Source: a virus (taxonomy: Duplodnaviria > Caudoviricetes). From it: a stretch of DNA of 64,000 nucleotides. A program made the position numbers and the translations under genes. The stretch spans positions 12,751 to 76,750 of IMG/VR virus record IMGVR_UViG_3300017691_000006; one strand, 5' to 3'. Positions 35,691 to 42,759 of the stretch are shown piece after piece. Under the pieces are notes generated by a model. The model did no database searches. It saw nothing but the letters and a program-made list of their open reading frames with translations, and was not told the DNA's origin. Position 1 is the first letter of the stretch, and each line of letters starts with the position of its first letter.

Positions 35691-36021
35691 TGTCGTTCTT
35701 CTCGCGCTTGATCTTCTTGAACTCGAGGCGACGGTCCCGGTCGTACTCCTCGTTGCTGATCAGGTTCGCGGCCATCTCCCTGACGGTCTCCGGGTCCCGC
35801 TTGAGGGCGGGAGGGAGGCTGTCCGGGTCCGGGTGCTCGATGACCTTGAGCGGGTGCTCGGCCAGGATGGCGTCGCGGGCACGGCGCTGCACCTGGTTGT
35901 CGGTGGACAGGAAGTAGTTGTCGAACTTGTCCTTGCCCGGCTTGTCGTCGTGGAGCTTGCGCGTGTTGGACACGATCTTGTCCGAGATGTCGCGCAGCTC
36001 CTGCATGTGGTCTTCCTGCAT
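35683..36021 (-). CDS. hypothetical protein
   Basis: 112 aa, typical codon bias. Confidence 0.55.
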   Translation of the reverse strand: MQEDHMQELRDISDKIVSNTRKLHDDKPGKDKFDNYFLSTDNQVQRRARDAILAEHPLKVIEHPDPDSLPPALKRDPETVREMAANLISNEEYDRDRRLEFKKIKREKNDNE

Positions 36022-36249
36022 CTAGCCCTTCCTGTAGCGTTCGGACGCACGTCCCTTGAAGGTGTTCTTGTACTCGCGCTCGAAGTCCGCAGGAGACATC
36101 TCGAAGTGCCTGAAGTACGGCCTCATCGGCGGGTGCCAGCCCTCTGCGCGGCCCTTGAGCGGGCTGACAGCTGGACCGCTGGGCTTCACCTTGGCGAGAC
36201 GCTCCGCCAGCATGACGTCCTGCATGCAGTACCGCATGATGTCCTGCAT
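36022..36249 (-). CDS. hypothetical protein
   Basis: 75 aa. Confidence 0.45.
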   Translation of the reverse strand: MQDIMRYCMQDVMLAERLAKVKPSGPAVSPLKGRAEGWHPPMRPYFRHFEMSPADFEREYKNTFKGRASERYRKG

Positions 36250-36299
36250 GTGGGACTTACCGCCCCCGCGAGGCTGGTAGAGGATCTCCGAGCAGGGGC

Positions 36300-36596
36300 T
36301 CAGAACGTGTAGTAGCTGCCCCCGAAAGGGTCGTTCGTCCGGAGTGCCTCCTCTGCCTTGTTGAGGGCAGCGTCGACCTCTGCCTGGCTCTCCAGGCTCC
36401 TGTCGTCTCCGGCGAAGTTGTCGAGCGCCATGCGTGCCTGTACCAGCTTGGCAGCGGCCTCCTGCGCGTCGATAGCGGCCTTGTCGAGCGCCTCGATCTT
36501 CGCGATCAAGGTCTCGCGCTTGCCTGCCAGCTGCTGCGCGCGCTGCTTGAGCTTCGCAATGTTGTTCTCGTCACGGACTTCCTGGTAGATGCTCAT
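36300..36596 (-). CDS. coiled-coil hypothetical protein
   Basis: 98 aa, RBS AGAGGA. Confidence 0.6.
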   Translation of the reverse strand: MSIYQEVRDENNIAKLKQRAQQLAGKRETLIAKIEALDKAAIDAQEAAAKLVQARMALDNFAGDDRSLESQAEVDAALNKAEEALRTNDPFGGSYYTF

Positions 36597-36617
36597 GGTG
36601 TAGTTCCTCTGGTTGCA

Positions 36618-36657
36618 AATTTAAAGCCCACCCCGCCGGTTAGGGCAGAGTGGGCTT
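36618..36657 (-). terminator. probable intrinsic terminator
   Basis: AAGCCCACTCTGCC-loop-GGCGGGGTGGGCTT followed by TAAATTT. Confidence 0.6.
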
Positions 36658-36761
36658 AGAGCGCGGTACGGGCGCACCGTGTGGTAGACGCGTAGATCAA
36701 CCTTGCTGGTGTCGTTTAGTGCGCGGCCTGCTAGTGCGACGCACCCTTACGGGGCATGGTG

Positions 36762-36790
36762 GTGCAGTTTATAGTCATGCTCCAGGACTA
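36762..36790 (-). ncRNA. H-type pseudoknot element, copy 3 (variant)
   Basis: RNA UAGUC-CUGGAGCAU-GACUA-UAAAC-UGCAC; stem 1 covaries. Confidence 0.6.
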
Positions 36791-36798
36791 ACTCGGGC

Positions 36799-37389
36799 TT
36801 AGCCCTGCGCTTCGGCAGCGGCTTCCTTCTCGGCCTTCTGCGCCGCCATCTTCTGGCGGTACGCCTCCAGGCCGGCGGCTGCCTGCGGCGAGACCTCGCG
36901 CTTCGGCTTGCCCGCGTCGAACGACGTCAGGATGGCGTCCTTGTTCGCGTAGACGAGCTCGGCGAGCTTCTCGTTGCCCTCGGCGACCTCGGTCAGCGCT
37001 GCGGTCGCTGCGGCGCTCTGCTCCTCGTCCGTCATGCGCTTGACCGACGGCCAGCGGAACGACGCCTTGAACGCGTCGACGTTGTCCACGACGAACGCGG
37101 CCTGGCGGTCGCCGGCGAGGGTCGTCGCGATGTAGTCGAGCGCCTTGGTGAGCGCGGTGTTCTCGGACTTGGTGACGCGCTTGATCTTGCCGGTCTCGAG
37201 TGCGACCTCGACCTTCTCGCGGTTCTCGACCAACCAGTTGGCGATCTTCTCGTTCGCCTCACCGGCGGGCAGTGCAGCGCGCAACGCCGCGACGATCTGC
37301 GGGCGACGCTGGTAGTCCTGGGCCTCGGCCTTGGTCTCGAAATAGATGCCGTCGACGACGTAAACGGGCTTCAGTTCGTTCGATGCCAT
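36799..37389 (-). CDS. helical hypothetical protein behind two class A motifs
   Basis: 196 aa (MASNELKPV...), very strong codon bias suggesting high expression. Confidence 0.65.
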   Translation of the reverse strand: MASNELKPVYVVDGIYFETKAEAQDYQRRPQIVAALRAALPAGEANEKIANWLVENREKVEVALETGKIKRVTKSENTALTKALDYIATTLAGDRQAAFVVDNVDAFKASFRWPSVKRMTDEEQSAAATAALTEVAEGNEKLAELVYANKDAILTSFDAGKPKREVSPQAAAGLEAYRQKMAAQKAEKEAAAEAQG

Positions 37390-37438
37390 GTGAATCAAAT
37401 CTCTCTCAGATGCGGGCCGCAGGTGCGCGACCCTTTCA

Positions 37439-37458
37439 GGGTTAATTTAACGGGTTGG
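37439..37458 (-). promoter_or_regulatory. class A conserved motif, copy 3
   Basis: GGGTTAATTTAACGGGTTGG. Confidence 0.8.
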
Positions 37459-37485
37459 GGTGCCCGTCGCTCAGCCCTGTGAACA

Positions 37486-37505
37486 GGGTTAATTTAACGG
37501 GTTGG
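37486..37505 (-). promoter_or_regulatory. class A conserved motif, copy 4
   Basis: GGGTTAATTTAACGGGTTGG, 47 bp from copy 3. Confidence 0.8.
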
Positions 37506-37655
37506 GCTGGCTGACGGGAGCGGGCGGGTGCCCGCAGAGTGCCGCTTCTGGCACGCCTCTGGCTCGCTCGGCAACGCCGCGCTTGGGGGTGGGCCTCGGT
37601 GACCCCGGCGCGACTCGGCGCTGCCCCGCTCCAACGCGGAACGGGGCGTAACCGA

Positions 37656-38036
37656 TCAGTCGACCTCGACCCTACCGTCGACGGCGTTCTGCTCGATGTA
37701 GCGACGCTGGGCCTTCTTCACGAGGCCGACGCGGTGCTGTCGAGCGAAGTCGTAAACGTTCTGGGGGCTGCCGTACTGGCAAGTGGGAACGAATTCCTTG
37801 ATGAACTCCCAGATGCACTGCAGGCGAGCCTCCTCCAGCGGCGTCTTCGGTGCCGAGAACGTGGCGTCCAGGTCGCCGCAGAGAAGGTGGTAGAGCCAGG
37901 ACTTCTCGTCGACGACGCCCTCGGTGAGGTAGTCGGTCAACAGGCCTCGGACGTGCAGGGGCACGACGAGACCGGAGGAGCTCTGCCAGCCCATGAAGAG
38001 CTTGCCCCAGGCGAGACGGTGGAGTGGGTTCGACAT
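37656..38036 (-). CDS. hypothetical protein (MSNPLHRLAWG...)
   Basis: Probable ATG at 38036 after AAGGA. Confidence 0.55.
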   Translation of the reverse strand: MSNPLHRLAWGKLFMGWQSSSGLVVPLHVRGLLTDYLTEGVVDEKSWLYHLLCGDLDATFSAPKTPLEEARLQCIWEFIKEFVPTCQYGSPQNVYDFARQHRVGLVKKAQRRYIEQNAVDGRVEVD

Positions 38037-38046
38037 GTCGGTGTCC

Positions 38047-38370
38047 TTACTGTTGTTGTCGGGGTTTGTGGGTCGCCTCGAAGTCTTCGAGACGTTTCTT
38101 GTATTCCAACACCTTCTCTCGCCAGCGTTGCGGCGACATAGGCATTGCCTTCTGCTCCTCCGTCTCCGGAGGGTAGTTCTGGTCTTCCATGAACCGGCTG
38201 TACACGCGCATGGACTGGAACAAAAACGCCATGCCCATGCCGTCATCCCGGTCGAAGAAGCCGGAGACGAAGCCGGCCTCAGTGTTGTAGGTCGGCTGAG
38301 CTGCCTTACGCGCCTCCAAGCGTCGCGCATCGGCTAGCGTAGGCTGTCGTACCAGTTCTTGCTTCTTCAC
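38047..38370 (-). CDS. hypothetical protein
   Basis: 107 aa GTG start. Confidence 0.5.
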   Translation of the reverse strand: MKKQELVRQPTLADARRLEARKAAQPTYNTEAGFVSGFFDRDDGMGMAFLFQSMRVYSRFMEDQNYPPETEEQKAMPMSPQRWREKVLEYKKRLEDFEATHKPRQQQ

Positions 38371-38572
38371 AGAATACCTCGGGTCGGATGAGGCCGCAGA
38401 TCAGGCCGTCGAGCAGCCACTGACCCCAGCCAAGTTTGATGAGAGTCTCGCAGCCCCACCGCAAGCCGCCGCTGTCGGGCATGTAGCGGTAGTTGAACCA
38501 GAAGTCTGCGGGACGGTCGCAGTGTCGCGCGACGAAGTTGTAGATCGTCTCGCGCTCGTTGCGCTTGTTCAA
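38306..38572 (-). CDS. hypothetical protein
   Basis: 88 aa TTG start after AGAGG. Confidence 0.45.
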   Translation of the reverse strand: MNKRNERETIYNFVARHCDRPADFWFNYRYMPDSGGLRWGCETLIKLGWGQWLLDGLICGLIRPEVFCEEARTGTTAYASRCATLGGA

Positions 38573-38790
38573 GCCTCTACCTCCTCCAGCAGGTCGAGTG
38601 GGTGCTCCACCGCCTTCTTGATGTACGAGCCGTCGCTGTTGAACGTCTCGAGCCTCTTGTTGACGACGACGATGAACTTGGTGTCGTCCGAGACCTTGGT
38701 GAAGTTGCGCCTGCCACCGACAGAGAAGGAGCGCTGGACGAGTCCAACGCCCCCGGACCGTGTGCGGTAGGACTTACCTACCTGCAGCAC
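38569..38790 (-). CDS. small hypothetical protein
   Basis: 73 aa; LQVGKSYRTRSG...FNSDG..HPLDLLEE pattern. Confidence 0.55.
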   Translation of the reverse strand: MLQVGKSYRTRSGGVGLVQRSFSVGGRRNFTKVSDDTKFIVVVNKRLETFNSDGSYIKKAVEHPLDLLEEVEA

Positions 38791-39165
38791 TTACTTGGTC
38801 TTGGTGGCGGCGCGTGCGCCGACCGCGATGTCGTGCGCGGCCTGGGCGCGCTTGATCAGGTTGCCCTCTAGCTTGATGATCTCGTCGAGGGCGTCGCGGT
38901 ACAGGTTGCCGCGATCGCGCAGCGAGTTCACCGCGTTGCGGAAGTCGGTCGTGACGCGGCTGTGCTCGGTACGCTCACGGTCGATGCTGGCGAGCAGGTT
39001 GTCGTGCTGCAGCTGCCACGCGTTGGACCGCTTAGCGCTGGCCTCGGCGTTCTGGCGCAGCGACGTGTTCAGGTCACGCAGGTCTGCCAGGCGGTTCATC
39101 TGGCGCGTGATGGTGATCGCCGCACCGATGAGAAGGGCGGCGAGCAGGATGAGAGTGAAGGTCAT
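38791..39165 (-). CDS. N-terminal TM plus coiled-coil protein
   Basis: MTFTLILLAALLIGAAITIT then heptads; topology resembles an i-spanin but it is outside the lysis cassette. Confidence 0.5.
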   Translation of the reverse strand: MTFTLILLAALLIGAAITITRQMNRLADLRDLNTSLRQNAEASAKRSNAWQLQHDNLLASIDRERTEHSRVTTDFRNAVNSLRDRGNLYRDALDEIIKLEGNLIKRAQAAHDIAVGARAATKTK

Positions 39166-39166
39166 G

Positions 39167-40150
39167 TTATTCGAATACCTTGTCGATGAGTTGTGCAACG
39201 TAGGTGGCGTCCGGCGTGCCCTTGTGCTTGGACAGCTCGGACAGGAGCTGGGACATGTAGGCCTGGTCGACCCCGATCAGCTGCTCTCGCAGCACGAGCG
39301 GGTCCTTGAGGTCGATGGCGTTGAGCTGCCAGATGATCTTGAGCATCTGACCTGCTGTGATCCGCCAGCCGCGAGCGATGAACTTGCGGGTGCGGAACAG
39401 GGAAGCGATGGGGTACAGCGAGCCCTTGTACACGAGCGTCTTCGAGAGCAAGGCCTCCATGGCCTCCTCGCTGATCGACACCTTACCCGTGGCGTGGTCG
39501 TAGTAGCCCATCGCGTGGGCGAAGTCGTAGTTGCGGTGCAGCTCGGCCGGCTCGCCGTAGAACCGGATGATAAGCTGCACGCGGTCGGAGAGGGTCACGG
39601 CGTTCTCGGACATGAACACCGGGCGGTACTTGCCCTTCTTCTTGACCTCCTCCACCGCTGCCTCCGCGAGGTCGCCCTTGTCGAGGACCTCCTCGGGCAG
39701 GACACCGAACACGCCGTCGATGAACTCAGCGGACGCTTCCGGCGGCTGGCTCTCGAAATAGGTGTAGTCTGGCGTGTCGTTGTTCTCGCCGGCGACGCCA
39801 GCGGACTGCATCCAGATGACGATCCTGGGCTCTTCCTCGCCTAGGATATTGGTGCGTACAATCTCCTTAACTGTCGGAGAATAGCCTCGTACCTTTGTTC
39901 GACAGTCGGATACCTCGTTGAACTTACGTACGTAGTAATGAGCAACTGCGAGTGTTGTGTCCTTAGTACGAAAATAAACATCGTAGTCGTTGACCTCCTC
40001 TCCCAACATCATGGAGGCTACGCAACCGCCCGTAACGATGATGTCGCGAGCCATCGCCTCGCGGACCGCTTGGTCGTCGATAGTCTCCAGGAGGCTGTTG
40101 ATTTTCTTTTTGATGACGGCAGCGATGGTGCTCCGCTTCATTCCAGCCAT
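39167..40150 (-). CDS. Pol-beta-superfamily nucleotidyltransferase (CCA/poly(A)-polymerase-like head)
   Basis: IVTGGCVASMMLGEEVNDYDVYF (hG[GS]...DxD) and YDFAHAM downstream. Confidence 0.7.
   Translation of the reverse strand: MAGMKRSTIAAVIKKKINSLLETIDDQAVREAMARDIIVTGGCVASMMLGEEVNDYDVYFRTKDTTLAVAHYYVRKFNEVSDCRTKVRGYSPTVKEIVRTNILGEEEPRIVIWMQSAGVAGENNDTPDYTYFESQPPEASAEFIDGVFGVLPEEVLDKGDLAEAAVEEVKKKGKYRPVFMSENAVTLSDRVQLIIRFYGEPAELHRNYDFAHAMGYYDHATGKVSISEEAMEALLSKTLVYKGSLYPIASLFRTRKFIARGWRITAGQMLKIIWQLNAIDLKDPLVLREQLIGVDQAYMSQLLSELSKHKGTPDATYVAQLIDKVFE
39841..39981 (-). CDS. candidate overprinted 46-aa ORF inside the nucleotidyltransferase gene (+1 frame)
   Basis: ATG 12 nt after AGGAGG; ORF limits match an AT-rich codon patch in the host gene. 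Confidence 0.4.
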   Translation of the reverse strand: MFIFVLRTQHSQLLITTYVSSTRYPTVEQRYEAILRQLRRLYAPIS

Positions 40151-40158
40151 AGTCAGAG

Positions 40159-40410
40159 TTACCCTTGCTTGGGGATTACGAACAACAGCCTCGGCACCGT
40201 CACGCGGACGTTGCGGGGGCTGTAGCGGCGTTGCCTAGGGTGCCCCCAGTAGGCAGTAGTGTCGCTGTGAGGCTGCGGGACAGCGCTCAGCAGCACGTCC
40301 TTCTCGTTCACCTCGAGGACCGTGCGTCGCGTGAACTTGCACTGGCTAGCGCTGGTGGCCTGGACCACCTCGTCGCCGACCTTGATCTCAGTGCCCTCGA
40401 AGTCCTTCAC
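40159..40410 (-). CDS. hypothetical protein
   Basis: 83 aa GTG start. Confidence 0.5.
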   Translation of the reverse strand: MKDFEGTEIKVGDEVVQATSASQCKFTRRTVLEVNEKDVLLSAVPQPHSDTTAYWGHPRQRRYSPRNVRVTVPRLLFVIPKQG

Positions 40411-40661
40411 TGCTTCTTCTCCTTCGGTCTGCCGTCCGGGAACTCCCAGCGCACGCAGACGTCGTAGTCGTGCGCCGGTACCACGTTCGGTATCTGGCTT
40501 ATGATGGTCACTGTACCACCCGGTCCCGCGCCGTAGATGGGTATCATCTCTACGTACTCGGGAGCCGTACGCGTCTCAGAGGCGAGGCACTTGCCCCGGT
40601 CCACGCACCCACCCGCGACCAACAGCAGGAGGGGCATAAGGAATAGCTTCTTCATGTTCAC
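40407..40661 (-). CDS. putative lipoprotein
   Basis: MKKLFLMPLLLLVAGGC lipobox-like. Confidence 0.55.
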   Translation of the reverse strand: MNMKKLFLMPLLLLVAGGCVDRGKCLASETRTAPEYVEMIPIYGAGPGGTVTIISQIPNVVPAHDYDVCVRWEFPDGRPKEKKQ

Positions 40662-41566
40662 AGGTCCATCTTGTCGCGGAAGCCGAGCGCGCGAGCCTGA
40701 CGCAGCTCGTCCTTCGCGCCGTGCGGGAAGTGGCGGGCCTTGAGTATCTTGCCCTTGTCGCGCGGCCAGTTGTCCCAGATGTCCTGGAGCTGGTCGTGAT
40801 TGAACTGGCCGGGAGCGACGCTGATCTCTCGGCCGTTGTAGATGCCTCGGAACTTGCCTACGGTACCCATCGGCACGAGGCCTTCCTTGGCGGTGGAACG
40901 CTTGGCTTGCCCGAGTGCGCCGCGCTCCTGCACGTTGCTGTTGTGCATGCGCTCGATGAGACCGCTGAGCTCGACCTCGACGTCCTCCTCACGCTTGAGC
41001 TTGAAGACGATGCCCTGGTTCACCGTGCCGCGACCCTGCTTGTAGGGAGACAGCGGGTTGCTCAGCATCACGCCCTCGAAGCCCTGCTCCAGGAACTCGG
41101 CCTCGGCGGCGAGCAGGTCGTCCATGTTGTAGACCGGCTGGTGCTGGACCAGCTCGGCACCCTTCGGCAGCTCCAACATACCCAGCGCCTCCAGTCGGCG
41201 GAAGTACTCCTTGCCGATGAAGTCCGGGTGGAAGTAGTCGAAGATGTGAAAGCCGAGGTCACCGGGGTTGCTGAACGCCATGACGTGCGACTGCGTCAGG
41301 TTGTAGACGTCGGGCGCTGCGGCGGGGCCAGCCACGGCCTCGCCGTCGCAGTAGGCCAGGTGTCCGAACTCGCCCTGCAGCTGGTAGCTGCGGAGCGGGT
41401 CGCCCTTGCGGGACAGGCAGAGACCCTCCTGGACCATACAGCGGATGCCGTCGATCTTGGGGCTGAGCAGCCAGCCAGCCTCCTTGAACCCCTTCTCGAC
41501 CCGCTCGAAGTACGCGGGGTTGCCGTTGGGGCTGAAAGTCGGGGCGAGTTGGGGCTTGATCAGCAT
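40658..41566 (-). CDS. ATP-dependent DNA ligase
   Basis: Motif I SPKIDGIRC, motif III CDGE, IIIa FHIFD, IV FEGVML, V KLK. Confidence 0.92.
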   Translation of the reverse strand: MLIKPQLAPTFSPNGNPAYFERVEKGFKEAGWLLSPKIDGIRCMVQEGLCLSRKGDPLRSYQLQGEFGHLAYCDGEAVAGPAAAPDVYNLTQSHVMAFSNPGDLGFHIFDYFHPDFIGKEYFRRLEALGMLELPKGAELVQHQPVYNMDDLLAAEAEFLEQGFEGVMLSNPLSPYKQGRGTVNQGIVFKLKREEDVEVELSGLIERMHNSNVQERGALGQAKRSTAKEGLVPMGTVGKFRGIYNGREISVAPGQFNHDQLQDIWDNWPRDKGKILKARHFPHGAKDELRQARALGFRDKMDL

Positions 41567-42009
41567 CAGGTGCGATCCTTCGCGTCGCCTGCGGTGGTGC
41601 CCATCATGAAGGCGTCGTTGCCCCGCTTGAGGGCGCTCTGCAGCTCCAAGAAGCCGCTCTCGTAGTTGGTGTAGGTCTTGCCGACGTACTCCTGATAGAA
41701 GTGGTCGAAGGCGAAGACGACGAACACGCGCGAGTCCACCGTGAATCGACTGTACATGAGCAGCGGCCGACTGACGTTCGATACCAGCGGAAGCTTGGCT
41801 AACCAGCGGCGCATGTCGAGTGCGCTGAGGAACTCGCGCAGCAGGAGCTTGTAGCCCCGGTTGTGGTGGTAAACCGCTGCGTAGGCCGGCTTGTTCGGGG
41901 ACTTGTAGTGGGTGGCTGCCCAGCGCTTCTTGGCCGGCTGCTCCGCCGCGAGGGTGTTCATCTGCTCTTCAACTTGAGCTTCGGTAGGTACGGTCTTGGC
42001 TTGCATCAC
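41566..42009 (-). CDS. hypothetical protein
   Basis: Probable GTG at 42009 overlapping upstream stop. Confidence 0.5.
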   Translation of the reverse strand: MMQAKTVPTEAQVEEQMNTLAAEQPAKKRWAATHYKSPNKPAYAAVYHHNRGYKLLLREFLSALDMRRWLAKLPLVSNVSRPLLMYSRFTVDSRVFVVFAFDHFYQEYVGKTYTNYESGFLELQSALKRGNDAFMMGTTAGDAKDRT

Positions 42010-42356
42010 TTGATCTCCCGAATCATCTTGACGTTGCACTCCTTGTACATCGCCTGTCGTTTCTGTAGTGTCTTGAAGTAGCGGCGGTAGCGCTGTCGCA
42101 TGTTACGGCACCGCCAGTGGAAGGGTGCCGTGCCCGCGCTCGCTTGTCCGTCGGGCCACTCCATGAAGATCATCAGCCCGGACGAGAACTCTTCGTCCGA
42201 GAAATGCTTGGTGTTGTACTGCTGTGCGCCGACGAAAACCTTGTCGCCGCACTCCTTCTGGCGCTTGCCGAACCACTTGGCGTCATTCTTCCGGTCGAAG
42301 GGTGTGACCTTGACTTCGCCGGATTTGTCTTTGTGAACGACGTAATATGCTGACAT
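42006..42356 (-). CDS. hypothetical basic protein
   Basis: 116 aa, RBS GAGG. Confidence 0.55.
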   Translation of the reverse strand: MSAYYVVHKDKSGEVKVTPFDRKNDAKWFGKRQKECGDKVFVGAQQYNTKHFSDEEFSSGLMIFMEWPDGQASAGTAPFHWRCRNMRQRYRRYFKTLQKRQAMYKECNVKMIREIK

Positions 42357-42364
42357 TGTGCCTC

Positions 42365-42395
42365 AAATAAAAGGGGAGAGGCCTGAGCCCCTCCC
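42365..42395 (-). terminator. intrinsic terminator after the RNR operon
   Basis: GGGAGGGG-CTCAGG-CCTCTCCC-CTTTTATTT. Confidence 0.75.
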
Positions 42396-42401
42396 GGTTA
42401 G

Positions 42402-42749
42402 TCACTTGTTCTTCTGCTGGTGGTCCATCGCCTCGTGCATCATATTCCGCAGACGCTCGAAGTCCGAGTTGTCGAATCGGATGATGTCGTCGAAGGTCAC
42501 CGGCTCCCCGTCTACGCGCAGGGCGCGCTGCAGGAAGCGGGCGTTCCGGTGGTTGCCGGGGTTCGTGGCGATGACCACGTCCTCGTAGGTGAGGCGGTAA
42601 AGGATTGCCTCACGACCGTCCCGCAGGTAGATCGCGCCGATGATGTTCAGGCGCATTGTGTCCAGAGGCGGGAAGAGGCGGTCCAGCAGACTGTCTTTGC
42701 TCTTGTGGTACTTGAGCCGTAGGATCGGCCGGTTAGGTGTCTTGTCCAT
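42402..42749 (-). CDS. hypothetical protein (MDKTPNRP...)
   Basis: Probable ATG at 42749. Confidence 0.5.
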   Translation of the reverse strand: MDKTPNRPILRLKYHKSKDSLLDRLFPPLDTMRLNIIGAIYLRDGREAILYRLTYEDVVIATNPGNHRNARFLQRALRVDGEPVTFDDIIRFDNSDFERLRNMMHEAMDHQQKNK

Positions 42750-42759
42750 GCGTGGTCTC

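Noticed and set aside
38791-39165. TM plus coiled-coil protein as an i-spanin
   Set aside because: Far from the lysis cassette and no embedded or adjacent o-spanin lipoprotein identified
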